Part shown: piece by piece, positions 18,461 through 27,485 of the stretch
How positions within the stretch are numbered: the first letter of the stretch is position 1
Layout: each line of letters starts with the position of its first letter
Source of the DNA: Rhodobacterales bacterium
Lineage (GTDB): Bacteria > Pseudomonadota > Alphaproteobacteria > Rhodobacterales > Rhodobacteraceae
Assembly (NCBI GenBank): GCA_048007995.1
Contig: CP180347.1
Span: 289,014 to 353,013, forward strand
Length of the DNA: 64,000 nt
Direction of reading: 5' to 3'
Made by a program: the position numbers and the translations under genes
Notes under the pieces: model-generated
What the model was told of the DNA's origin: nothing
Seen by the model: the letters and a program-made list of their open reading frames with translations, nothing else
Databases searched by the model: none

Positions 18461-18772
18461 CTAACGCCCGCGCCGCGACCCAGCGGTCACGCGGATCGGG
18501 ATCAATTGGCCGCCGGATTGGTCGTCGTCATCGTCATCCTGCGCGTCCAGCATGATCGAAATGGCAAATTGCACGCTGCCGAAAACGGTGCCGTGGAAAA
18601 ACCACAGCAGGAACACGGCCAGCCAGCCGATATCGGAATTGGCGACAAGGCTGCCAAGCCGCGCCACGTCATGCCACAGTAACAGCGCGACAAATCCTGC
18701 GGCGATTACGAATCCAACCGCGCAATGGCGCAGGTAAAGCCGCATCAGGTCCGGCTCATTATCATGTGTCAT
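18461..18772 (-). CDS. Two-helix membrane hypothetical protein
   Basis: RBS GAGGGG; LMRLYLRHCAVGF..IGWLAVFLLWFFHG..SVQFAISIM; acidic tail. Confidence 0.75.
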   Translation of the reverse strand: MTHDNEPDLMRLYLRHCAVGFVIAAGFVALLLWHDVARLGSLVANSDIGWLAVFLLWFFHGTVFGSVQFAISIMLDAQDDDDDDQSGGQLIPIRVTAGSRRGR

Positions 18773-19029
18773 GTCATCGCCCCCTCGGTCAAAAGCTAAG
18801 CCATGTGCCAAGGAATACAAGACGTGCCAATGTCGCGGGTCTTCATTCCCGTCAACCGCCCCCGCGTCTGGTCCTGTCGTGTGGCCAAGCCGCGACTGTG
18901 ATGACCTTAACCTTTGATTCATATTAAAACCGGCTAACAGCCTCAGAATGGACAGATTTCAAAATCATCTCCGTGGCGCATGCGACGCCAGAGTGTTGCT
19001 GCAATTTACCAGTGAAACAAGGAACGAGT

Positions 19030-19458
19030 ATGATGCAAAGACGAGCCGAATATCTGTCGCGCTTCACCACACCGATTGGCGCGGCCTGTGCCGCGCTGAT
19101 CATCGCCGCAGCACCGGTGCAGGCGGACCCAACCATCGGGTTTGGCCTGTCCGTCAGCTATGGCCAGCAAAAGGTCGATACGGGTGTCGGTGTCCGCCTG
19201 TTTTCGGACAACGAGCGTGACAGCAACGTGGCTTCCATCGGTCTGGATTACATGCTGACCAGCCAGTCCTGGCGCGCCACCATCGGTGCGGCACATCTAT
19301 ATGATGACACCTATATCGGCCTCGATCTGGGGTTTGACGGCAATTTCGATTTCGGCGTCTCGGCGGGTTGGCTGAAAGAGCAAACCGAGCAAGTCTTTGC
19401 GCAGGCCACCGGCCTGCAACCGGTCATCCCGGACCAGTCGCTGGGCCAGGGACGCTAA
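19030..19458 (+). CDS. Secreted / outer-membrane beta-strand-rich hypothetical protein
   Basis: Signal peptide ending APVQA, then alternating Gly/aromatic beta-strand pattern (IGFGLSVSYG, IGLDYML, IGLDLGF, FGVSAGW). Confidence 0.7.
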   Translation: MMQRRAEYLSRFTTPIGAACAALIIAAAPVQADPTIGFGLSVSYGQQKVDTGVGVRLFSDNERDSNVASIGLDYMLTSQSWRATIGAAHLYDDTYIGLDLGFDGNFDFGVSAGWLKEQTEQVFAQATGLQPVIPDQSLGQGR

Positions 19459-19572
19459 AGACGGATTGGCTTTGACGCCGTGCTTTGACGCGCGGCATCG
19501 GGATCATATCGGTCCGGATGCCGCCGCAAGCGCCGCACATCCAAAACCCTAACCCGCCGGTCGCAGGCAGGC

Positions 19573-20040
19573 TCAGAACGCCTCGGGATGGGCTTCGCGG
19601 GCCATATGGTCCAGCACGGCATTGACGAATTTCGGTTCCTTGCCGTCATGCGAAAACGCCTCGGCCACGGCGACAAATTCGCTGATCACGACCTTGGGCG
19701 GCGTGTCCTTGTCCAACAGCTCTGCCCCCGCCGCGCGGAACAACGCGCGCCATGTCGGGTCGATCCGCGCGATCGGCCATTTGGCCACCAATGCGCGATC
19801 GGTCATCTGGTCGATACTGGCCTGCAGATCGACGGCGCGGTCCATCATCCGGCGGAAGGTATCGACATCGCCTTCCACCAATTCGACATCGTCGATCACC
19901 TCGCCGAAACGGTGGTCTTCGAATTCGCGCACAATGCCTTCGACGGTCTGGCCGGTGGCTTCCATCTGGAACAGGGCCTGAACTGCATAAAGCCGTGCGG
20001 CGGATTTCATCTTGCGGCGCTGGTTGTTGGAAATTGTCAT
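19573..20040 (-). CDS. nusB: Transcription antitermination factor NusB
   Basis: KSAARLYAVQALFQME, WPIARID, KFVNAVLD; ATGA coupling to ribH. Confidence 0.95.
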   Translation of the reverse strand: MTISNNQRRKMKSAARLYAVQALFQMEATGQTVEGIVREFEDHRFGEVIDDVELVEGDVDTFRRMMDRAVDLQASIDQMTDRALVAKWPIARIDPTWRALFRAAGAELLDKDTPPKVVISEFVAVAEAFSHDGKEPKFVNAVLDHMAREAHPEAF

Positions 20041-20564
20041 GCGGTTGTATGACCTGTCATCAGGATGTCGCGGGTAAAGCCCACGCCTTTTTCGGCCTTG
20101 CCCCATTTGCGCGCCAGCGCCACCAGATGCAACGCCGCCGCCGCCGCCCCGCCGCCTTTGTTCATCTGTGCTGCATCCGCACGCACGACCGCCTGCGCAT
20201 AGTTTTCCACGGTCAGGATGCCGTTGCCGATACACAGGCCCTGCAACCCCAGCAATTGCAGCGCGCGGCTGCTGTCGTTGCAGACGGTGTCGTAATGCGT
20301 CGTCTCGCCCCGGATCACACAGCCAAGCGCGACATAGCCGTCAAAATCGCCCATCCGCGCGGCGATGCCGATGGCGGTGGGAATTTCCAGCGCGCCGGGG
20401 ACATGCACGATCTCATGTGTGGCACCGGCCTTTGCAATCTCGGCCAAGGCTCCGGCGATCTGGTGATCGCTGATATCTTTGTAATAGGGCGAGGCGGCGA
20501 TCAGGATCTTCACCGGCTTGTCGAACTCCGGCAGGGGCATGATATGGTGTGTGGGTCCGGCCAT
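20037..20564 (-). CDS. ribH: 6,7-dimethyl-8-ribityllumazine synthase
   Basis: VPGALEIP, ALGCVIRGETTHYD, GNGILT, NKGG. Confidence 0.95.
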   Translation of the reverse strand: MAGPTHHIMPLPEFDKPVKILIAASPYYKDISDHQIAGALAEIAKAGATHEIVHVPGALEIPTAIGIAARMGDFDGYVALGCVIRGETTHYDTVCNDSSRALQLLGLQGLCIGNGILTVENYAQAVVRADAAQMNKGGGAAAAALHLVALARKWGKAEKGVGFTRDILMTGHTTA

Positions 20565-21694
20565 CAGCCAATCTCCGAAATTTTGCGCGTGCCGACGATT
20601 TCGAGACCGTAAGCATCAAGTCCCACGACCCGCGGCTTGGGTGAATTGGTCAGCAGCGTGATGTCATGCAGGCCCAGTGCAGACAGGATCTGCGCGCCAA
20701 GGCCGTACTGGCGCAGGGTCTGGGGTGTCGCCTCTTCGCTCGGGTCCAGTTTCATATGCAGATCGCGCAGCAGCACCAATGCGCCGCGCCCTTCATCGGC
20801 GATCAGCTGCATGGCATCGCCAAATTCGTTACGCCGCCCCTTGGGGCCGACACCGACGACATCCAGCATCGGGTCCAGCGCATGCATCCGTACCAGCACG
20901 GGGTCCGGCGTGGTGATATCACCCTTGATCAGCGCGATATGTTCGGCCCCTTGGGTTTCATCGACGAAAATCCGCATCTCCCAGTCACCGCCGAACTCGG
21001 ATGTGATGGTCTGGCTGTCGCGCAACACGACCAGATTGTCGTGGCGGCGGCGATAGGCGATCAGATCGCTGATCGTGCCGATCTTCAGCCCGTGCAATTG
21101 CGCAAAGGCGACCAGATCGGGCAGACGCGCCATTTCGCCGTCTTCTTTCATGATCTCGCAGATCACGCCCGACGGGTTTAGCCCCGCCAGACGGCTGATA
21201 TCGACAGCGGCCTCGGTATGGCCGGCACGGACAAGCACACCGCCATCGCGCGCGCGCAGCGGGAAAACATGGCCCGGCGTGGCGATATCGGCCGCCCCCT
21301 TGGCTGCGTCAATCGCGACCGAGACGGTGCGCGCACGGTCGGCCGCTGAAATGCCGGTGCTGACGCCTTCGCGCGCTTCGATGCTGACGGTGAACGCTGT
21401 TTCATGGCGCGATGAATTGTTGGACGCCATCAAAGGCAGGCCCAGCGCGTCGATCCGGCTGCCGGGCAGCGACAGACAGATAAGCCCGCGCCCGTGCTTT
21501 GCCATGAAATTGATTGCGTCAGGTGTGGCCATCTGGGCGGGGATCACCAGATCGCCTTCGTTCTCACGGTCCTCGTGATCGACAAGGATGAACATCCGGC
21601 CATTGCGGGCATCATCGATGATATCCTCGATCTTGCTGATCGCATCGGACCAGTCCTGTTCAACCGGACCCGGTGTTTCGAAAGTGATGGACAT
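20564..21694 (-). CDS. ribB: DHBP synthase fused to a degenerate GTP cyclohydrolase II domain (RibBX-type)
   Basis: DHEDRENEGD, TGISAADR, PGHVFPL, RAGHTEA in the RibB domain; the C-domain (VLVRMH...YGLGAQIL) lacks the zinc-binding Cys cluster. Confidence 0.92.
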   Translation of the reverse strand: MSITFETPGPVEQDWSDAISKIEDIIDDARNGRMFILVDHEDRENEGDLVIPAQMATPDAINFMAKHGRGLICLSLPGSRIDALGLPLMASNNSSRHETAFTVSIEAREGVSTGISAADRARTVSVAIDAAKGAADIATPGHVFPLRARDGGVLVRAGHTEAAVDISRLAGLNPSGVICEIMKEDGEMARLPDLVAFAQLHGLKIGTISDLIAYRRRHDNLVVLRDSQTITSEFGGDWEMRIFVDETQGAEHIALIKGDITTPDPVLVRMHALDPMLDVVGVGPKGRRNEFGDAMQLIADEGRGALVLLRDLHMKLDPSEEATPQTLRQYGLGAQILSALGLHDITLLTNSPKPRVVGLDAYGLEIVGTRKISEIG

Positions 21695-21772
21695 AAGCGA
21701 CCCCGCAGCTTGGTTGCCTGCCAGATAGCCCAGCATCCACGGTTTGAAAAGGGGCGCAGGCCGCAGGGTGGC

Positions 21773-22327
21773 TTAAGGAAAGAACGCCTCGGCGCTGACA
21801 TAGCCTGCCAGACGGGCCGCCGCGACCCATTCCCGCTCGAAATCGGTATCACCCACCAGCACAAAGCGGTCGGCAGGCTGGCGCAACGCCTGGGTCACGC
21901 CCTCAAGATCGCGGCGCATGGCCGACCAGCTGTCGGCAAAGCGTGGTGCGGCAAAGGCGCGGTCGATCCCCGCCAGCCCCGCCAGATGCGTGGGCGTGAC
22001 AGGCCGGTGCGCAAGCCCGTGGCGGGCGGTATTGACCAGCGTTTCCAACCGCGCCGCACGGTCCGCAGGCATCGCCTGCCCGTCGCGCAGCACGCGCAAG
22101 GCGTTGCTGGAAAACAGAAACCCGATCAGGTCATGGCCGTTGCTGGCACGGATACCGGCATAGGTTTTATAAGGCAGCCCCGGTTCGGCGGCGCGTTTGA
22201 CACGCAGGCGCACGACCTCGATGGGCAGGACGGGCAGCAAATCCTGCCTTGCCTTGGTCCATGCGAATTTGCGCCAGCTATGTCCGGGTTCGACCGAAAG
22301 ACCGGAATTATGCCCGATCCCGGCCAT
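21773..22327 (-). CDS. Conserved hypothetical protein, possible degenerate HAD fold
   Basis: TGATG coupling to ribE; C-terminal PADRFVLVGDTDFEREWVAAARLAGY resembles HAD motif IV. Confidence 0.8.
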   Translation of the reverse strand: MAGIGHNSGLSVEPGHSWRKFAWTKARQDLLPVLPIEVVRLRVKRAAEPGLPYKTYAGIRASNGHDLIGFLFSSNALRVLRDGQAMPADRAARLETLVNTARHGLAHRPVTPTHLAGLAGIDRAFAAPRFADSWSAMRRDLEGVTQALRQPADRFVLVGDTDFEREWVAAARLAGYVSAEAFFP

Positions 22328-22923
22328 CAGGCGTAGTCCCGCAACCGCGCGACATAGCGGGCCATCGTGTCGATCTCGATATTGATCAGATCACCCACCG
22401 CAACATCGCCCCATGTCGTCGCGGTCTTGGTATGAGGGATGAAATTGATCCCGAAATCGCGGCCCGCAACCTCGTTCACGGTCAGCGATGTGCCGTCCAG
22501 CGCCACCGACCCTTTGGGTGCGATGAACCGCGCCAGCGCCTCTGGCGCGCGGAATGTCACGCGGGTGCTGTCACCTTCATCGCGCAGGGCCACAACCTCG
22601 GCCACGCCATCGACATGGCCCGACACGATATGCCCGCCCAATTCGTCACCCACCTTCAGCGCGCGCTCCAGGTTCAGCCTTTTGCCCACCGCCCAGCCGC
22701 TGACATTGGTGGCCCCCACGGTTTCCGCCGAAATCTGCACATCAAACCAGTTCTGTGGATCACGGCCCAATGCGATCACCGTCAGGCACACCCCGTTACA
22801 GGCAATCGACGCCCCGATGTCGATTCCTGCCACGTCATAGCCAGTGCCAATCCGCGCGCGCAGATCGCCCTGCTGGTCCAGTACCAGCACCCGCCCGATA
22901 TCGGTGACAATTCCTGTGAACAT
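22327..22923 (-). CDS. ribE: Riboflavin synthase alpha subunit
   Basis: MFTGIV start, GASIACNGVCLTV, LERALKVGDELGGHIVSGHVD, IPHT. Confidence 0.97.
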   Translation of the reverse strand: MFTGIVTDIGRVLVLDQQGDLRARIGTGYDVAGIDIGASIACNGVCLTVIALGRDPQNWFDVQISAETVGATNVSGWAVGKRLNLERALKVGDELGGHIVSGHVDGVAEVVALRDEGDSTRVTFRAPEALARFIAPKGSVALDGTSLTVNEVAGRDFGINFIPHTKTATTWGDVAVGDLINIEIDTMARYVARLRDYA

Positions 22924-23012
22924 GCGCTTTCCTTTCCGCTTGCTCCTGACCTAGCGGCTTGCAGGCGTGCAGGCAAGCAGGCGGCTTGCCGCATTACCGC
23001 CAGAATTGCCGT

Positions 23013-23048
23013 GTTAAGCTGGCGTTCAGTTTGTTCAGTCAGTTCAGT
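23013..23048. promoter_or_regulatory. CtrA-like box overlapping a triple GTTCAGT direct repeat
   Basis: GTTAA-N7-TTCA (23013-23028); GTTCAGT at 23024, 23033 and 23042 (9-bp period), ending 3 bp before the kpsS ATG. Confidence 0.45.
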
Positions 23049-23051
23049 GTT

Positions 23052-24350
23052 ATGAGTTCCCAACGCCGCTTCCTTTTCCTGCAAGGGCCGCATGGCCCGT
23101 TCTTTCGCCAGATCGCGGCGGCCCTGCGCAAATCGGGGGCCGATGTCTGGCGCGTCGGGTTGAACGCGGGCGATGCGGCTTTCTGGTGGCGCAGCCCCGG
23201 CTATCTGCCGTTCCGCGACAGCCCCGACGCATGGCCCAGCGCATTGGCCCACATCCTGCGCGACAAACAGATCACCGATATCGTCCTTTACGGCGACACC
23301 CGCCCGATCCATGCCGAGGCGGTGCGCCAGGCCCGCGCCGCCGGTCTGCGCATCCATGTCTTTGAAGAAGGCTATCTGCGCCCCTATTGGGTCACCTATG
23401 AACGCGGCGGCAGCAACGGACATTCGCAGCTACGCAGCCTCAGCATCGCTGACATGCGCGCGCATCTGGCCCAGCCGGGGCAAGACCAGCCGACGCCGCC
23501 GTCCCATTGGGGCGACATGCGCCAGCATATCTTTTACGGCGCGCTTTATCATTGGTTCGTGATGTTCCGAAACGCGCGCTATCCGCAATTCCGCCCGCAC
23601 CGCGCCCTGCCGGTGCGCACCGAAGCGCAGCTTTACACAGGCCGTCTGCTGATGATGCCGGTTATGGCGCTGCTGCGCGGGCTGGCCACCTTGCGGATCA
23701 AGGCAGGCGGCTATCCCTATCATCTGGCGCTGCTGCAACTGGAACATGATTCGAGCTTTCAGATCCATTCACCGTTCCGCGACATGGAAAGCTTCATTGA
23801 CATGGTCATCACCGGTTTTGCCAAAGGCGCACCGGCGGGCCATCACCTTGTGTTCAAGACGCATCCGCTGGAAAACGGGCGCAAACCGCTGCACCGCCTG
23901 ATCCGGCAGGCGGCGGCGGCGCAGGGCATCGCGCATCGCGTGCATTTCGTGCGCGGTGGTAAACTGGCGCGTTTGCTCAATTCCGCACTCTCGGCGGTGA
24001 CGGTCAATTCCACCGCGGGCCAGCAGGTGCTGTGGCGCGGGATTCCGTTGCGGATTTTCGGCGCCGCGGTCTATGACAAACCGCAATTCGTGTCCGACCA
24101 ACCGCTGCCCGCCTTTTTCGCAGCCCCACGCGCCCCCGACACCCAAGCCTATCGCGATTTCCGGCAATTCCTGTTGCAAACCAGTCAGGTACCCGGCGGG
24201 TTCTATTCCGCCAAGGGCCGGCGCAACCTGATCCGGCATCTGGCCCCGATGATGCTGGCGGATGTGGGTCCCTATGCCGCGCCTTGCGGCAATGATCAGG
24301 CGCGCGATCTGCAAACCGCCGCGCTGGCCAAGATACAGCGCGTGGCCTAA
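23052..24350 (+). CDS. kpsS: Capsule biosynthesis beta-Kdo transferase KpsS-like
   Basis: FLFLQGPHGPFF, VFEEGYLRPYWVT, LQLEHD, FKTHP, VTVNSTAG. Confidence 0.85.
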   Translation: MSSQRRFLFLQGPHGPFFRQIAAALRKSGADVWRVGLNAGDAAFWWRSPGYLPFRDSPDAWPSALAHILRDKQITDIVLYGDTRPIHAEAVRQARAAGLRIHVFEEGYLRPYWVTYERGGSNGHSQLRSLSIADMRAHLAQPGQDQPTPPSHWGDMRQHIFYGALYHWFVMFRNARYPQFRPHRALPVRTEAQLYTGRLLMMPVMALLRGLATLRIKAGGYPYHLALLQLEHDSSFQIHSPFRDMESFIDMVITGFAKGAPAGHHLVFKTHPLENGRKPLHRLIRQAAAAQGIAHRVHFVRGGKLARLLNSALSAVTVNSTAGQQVLWRGIPLRIFGAAVYDKPQFVSDQPLPAFFAAPRAPDTQAYRDFRQFLLQTSQVPGGFYSAKGRRNLIRHLAPMMLADVGPYAAPCGNDQARDLQTAALAKIQRVA

Positions 24351-24359
24351 CCTGCCGCA

Positions 24360-26354
24360 ATGCCGGATGAAAACCTCCAGAACCTTTATGTCTATTCGGG
24401 CGGTTTCCTGACCCAGCCCCGCATCCGGCGCATCCTGACGCTGGCGGGCTTCGACATCCGGCTTGGCGCGCCCGGACCCCACGACAATGTCGGCGTCTGG
24501 GGCCAAAGCCCGACCGCGCCACGCGGCGCGGCTGTGGCGCGGCACAAAGGTGCGGGCCTGATCCGGGTCGAGGACAGTTTTCTACGCTCGGTCCGGCCCG
24601 GACGGTCCGGTGATCTACCGATCGGGCTGAACATCGACCGGCGCGGCGTGCATTTCGACCCGACCGTGCCGTCCGATCTGGACCTGATACTTGCGCATGA
24701 TCCGCTGGACGATACCGTCCTGCTGAACCGCGCTAAGGCGGGGATCAGCGCCTTGCAGGCGGATCATCTGTCGAAATACAATTGTTTCGATCCCGCCACG
24801 CCCGTGCCAGGTGCCGGCTATGTGCTGGTCATCGACCAGACCCGCAAGGATGCGTCAATCACCGCCAGCGGTGCCGACAGCAACACGTTCCGCGAAATGC
24901 TGTTCTACGCCCAAACCGAACATCCCGACCAAAGGATCGTGATCAAGACCCATCCTGAAACCATAGCAGGCAACAAGGCGGGCTATTTCGCCGCCGCCGA
25001 TACCAACGACAGGATCAGCCTGTGTGCTGCCCCCGTCTCGCCCTGGGCGCTGCTTGCGGGGGCGATCGCGGTCTATACCGTCACATCGCAGCTGGGGTTC
25101 GAGGCGATTTTAGCAGGCCACAAACCCGTGGTTTTCGGCCAGCCATTCTATGCAGGCTGGGGGCTTACAGACGACCGCAAACCGGTCCAACGCCGCCAAC
25201 GCCGCCTGACGCGGGCGCAGCTTTTCGCGGGCGCGATGATCCTCTATCCAACTTGGTACGACCCCTACCACGACCGTCTGTGCAGCTTCGAGGAAGCGAC
25301 AGCCAGCCTGTCGGCGCTGACCCGCGCCTGGCGTGACGACCACCAGGGCTGGGTCGCGGCCGACATGCGGCTGTGGAAACGCAGCCCCTTGCAGCAGTTC
25401 TTCGGCCAATACGCGCAGGTCAGGTTTGCGCGCGGGGCCAAGGCGGCACCGCAGGCCGCACAATCCAACCGACGCCTGATGCGCTGGGCCAGCACGGATG
25501 CGCGCGACGCGGTGCTGGTCGAGGATGGTTTTCTGCGCTCGCGCGGGCTGGGCGCCGATCTGGTGGCCCCCTTGTCCTTGGTGCTGGACGATCTGGGCAT
25601 CTATTACGACGCAACACGCCCCAGCAGGCTCGAGGCGCTGATCACCGGATCACCCACACTGCCCCCCGCCGCCCGCGATCGTGCAGCGGCGCTGATCACA
25701 CGGATCAGGGCGGCGGGCCTGTCAAAATACAATCTGCAGGGCAAACCCCTGCCCGAGCTGCCCAAAGGGCGGCGCATCCTTGTGCCGGGGCAGGTCGAGG
25801 ACGACGCCAGCATCCGGCTGGGCGCAGGCGAAGTGCGTAGCAACGCAGCGCTGCTGCAAGCGGTGCGTACGGCCAACCCCGCCGCCGTGATCATCTACAA
25901 ACCGCACCCCGATGTGCGCGCAAACCTGCGGCCCGGCCATATCGCCAACGCAGGCGACTGGGCCGATCTGGTGCTGGACGACGCCGACCCGATCGCCGCC
26001 ATCCAGGCCTGCGACTGCGTCTGGACCATGACATCGCTTCTGGGGTTCGAGGCGCTCTTGCACGACCGCCCGGTCACCTGTCTTGGGATGCCGTTCTATG
26101 CCGGCTGGGGGCTGACCGATGACCGCGCGCGGCCGCTTGCACGGCGCAACAAAACACTGGACCTCACCGCGCTGGTCCATGCCACGCTGATCGCCTATCC
26201 GCGCTACCGCGATCCGGTCAGCGGCCTGCCCTGCCCGGTCGAGGTGATCGTGGACAGGCTCAGCCATGACGATATCCCGCCCGCCACGCGCCTCAACCGC
26301 GCCACAGCGAAACTGCAGGGCCTTTTTGCGAGCTTCGCGCCCTTGTGGCGTTGA
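24360..26354 (+). CDS. kpsC: Capsule biosynthesis beta-Kdo transferase KpsC-like
   Basis: Two homologous halves (VEDSFLRS / VEDGFLRS; KYN; KTHP / KPHPD; TSQLGFEA / TSLLGFEA; PFYAGWGLT twice). Confidence 0.9.
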   Translation: MPDENLQNLYVYSGGFLTQPRIRRILTLAGFDIRLGAPGPHDNVGVWGQSPTAPRGAAVARHKGAGLIRVEDSFLRSVRPGRSGDLPIGLNIDRRGVHFDPTVPSDLDLILAHDPLDDTVLLNRAKAGISALQADHLSKYNCFDPATPVPGAGYVLVIDQTRKDASITASGADSNTFREMLFYAQTEHPDQRIVIKTHPETIAGNKAGYFAAADTNDRISLCAAPVSPWALLAGAIAVYTVTSQLGFEAILAGHKPVVFGQPFYAGWGLTDDRKPVQRRQRRLTRAQLFAGAMILYPTWYDPYHDRLCSFEEATASLSALTRAWRDDHQGWVAADMRLWKRSPLQQFFGQYAQVRFARGAKAAPQAAQSNRRLMRWASTDARDAVLVEDGFLRSRGLGADLVAPLSLVLDDLGIYYDATRPSRLEALITGSPTLPPAARDRAAALITRIRAAGLSKYNLQGKPLPELPKGRRILVPGQVEDDASIRLGAGEVRSNAALLQAVRTANPAAVIIYKPHPDVRANLRPGHIANAGDWADLVLDDADPIAAIQACDCVWTMTSLLGFEALLHDRPVTCLGMPFYAGWGLTDDRARPLARRNKTLDLTALVHATLIAYPRYRDPVSGLPCPVEVIVDRLSHDDIPPATRLNRATAKLQGLFASFAPLWR

Positions 26355-26399
26355 CTTCTTTTTTCCAAAAATACTCCGGGGTACGGGGCAGCGCCCCGT
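26355..26399 (+). repeat. Dispersed intergenic repeat, copy D (variant tail)
   Basis: CTTCTTTTTTCCAAAAATACTCC followed by hairpin ACGGGGC-AGC-GCCCCGT; between convergent kpsC and ribD. Confidence 0.8.
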
Positions 26400-26405
26400 G
26401 CAACC

Positions 26406-27485
26406 CTAGACCCGCCGCCAATGCGTCATGACATCATCGCCCAGACGCGCCAGATCATGCAAGGCAAAGCGCGGCGCATCCGCCAGACGGCCAATGCCCA
26501 TCGCGGCCAGCGCAGGCGTGCCTTCGGCGCCGATGGCGCAGCCTGCGGTCATCACCACCAGATCATCGACCAGCCCAGCACCCAGCAACGACGCGGCCAA
26601 CATCCCGCCGCCTTCGCAAAACAGCCGCGTGATCCCCGCGCTTGCCAGCGCCTGCATCATCGCCTCTGGTTCAACCTGTCCTGCGCGCACGGCACAGGGC
26701 AGGCTGACAGCGCCCAGCGCCAGCCAATCGGCCACATCCGCCTCTGCCCCGTGGCAGATCCAGACCGGCGATTGGCGCGCGGTTTGCGCCAATTGGCTGG
26801 TCAGCGGCAGTTTCACAGCGCGCGATACGACGATGCGCACAGGCTGGCGGGTGATGCCCAGACCGCGCACGCTCAGCGCCGGATCATCGGCGCGCAGGGT
26901 TCCTGCGCCCACCAGCACCGCATCATGGCGCGCGCGCATCATATGCACGGCGCGGCGGGCCTCTGGCCCCGTGATCCACTGGCTTTCGCCGCTGGCAGTG
27001 GCGATCCGGCCATCCAGCGTGCCAGCCAGCTTCAGCGTCACAAAAGGCCGCGCTGCCGTGATCCGGGACAAAAACCCCGCATGATCCGCGCGGGCCTGAT
27101 CGGCCAGCAGCCCCGTTTCCACGACGATCCCCGCCTGTTCCAGCATCGCGATGCCGCGACCGGCCACGCGCGGATCGGGATCACCCACGGCGATCACCAC
27201 ACGCGCCACGCCAGCGGCAATCAGCGCCTCGGCGCAGGGCGGGGTCTTGCCGTGATGCGCACAGGGTTCCAGCGTGACATAGACCGTTGCACCGCGCGCA
27301 TCCTCCCCGGCTTGCGCCAAGGCGACAGTTTCGGCATGCGGGCGCCCGCCATCCTGTGTCCAGCCGCGCCCGACGATGCGGCCATAGGTCACGATCACGC
27401 AGCCCACCGCCGGATTGGGCCAGACACGGCCCATCCCGCGCCGCCCCAGTTGCAGCGCCAGTGCCATGTAGCGGGCGTCGGTCAC
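26406..27485 (-). CDS. ribD: Riboflavin deaminase/reductase RibD
   Basis: [40 protein letters not shown]; GTGA coupling to nrdR. Confidence 0.96.
   Translation of the reverse strand: MTDARYMALALQLGRRGMGRVWPNPAVGCVIVTYGRIVGRGWTQDGGRPHAETVALAQAGEDARGATVYVTLEPCAHHGKTPPCAEALIAAGVARVVIAVGDPDPRVAGRGIAMLEQAGIVVETGLLADQARADHAGFLSRITAARPFVTLKLAGTLDGRIATASGESQWITGPEARRAVHMMRARHDAVLVGAGTLRADDPALSVRGLGITRQPVRIVVSRAVKLPLTSQLAQTARQSPVWICHGAEADVADWLALGAVSLPCAVRAGQVEPEAMMQALASAGITRLFCEGGGMLAASLLGAGLVDDLVVMTAGCAIGAEGTPALAAMGIGRLADAPRFALHDLARLGDDVMTHWRRV

Noticed and set aside
20138-20157. GCC-type microsatellite in ribH
   Set aside because: Encodes the ordinary GGGAAAAA segment after the conserved NKG motif.
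23024-23048. GTTC repeats as a LexA box
   Set aside because: Spacing is N5, not N7; kept only as an unassigned direct repeat.
22924-23051. FMN riboswitch upstream of ribE (or of nrdR-ribD)
   Set aside because: No RFN consensus words (AGGGCGGGG, GAAATTCCC, AGTCCGGATG) are visible.
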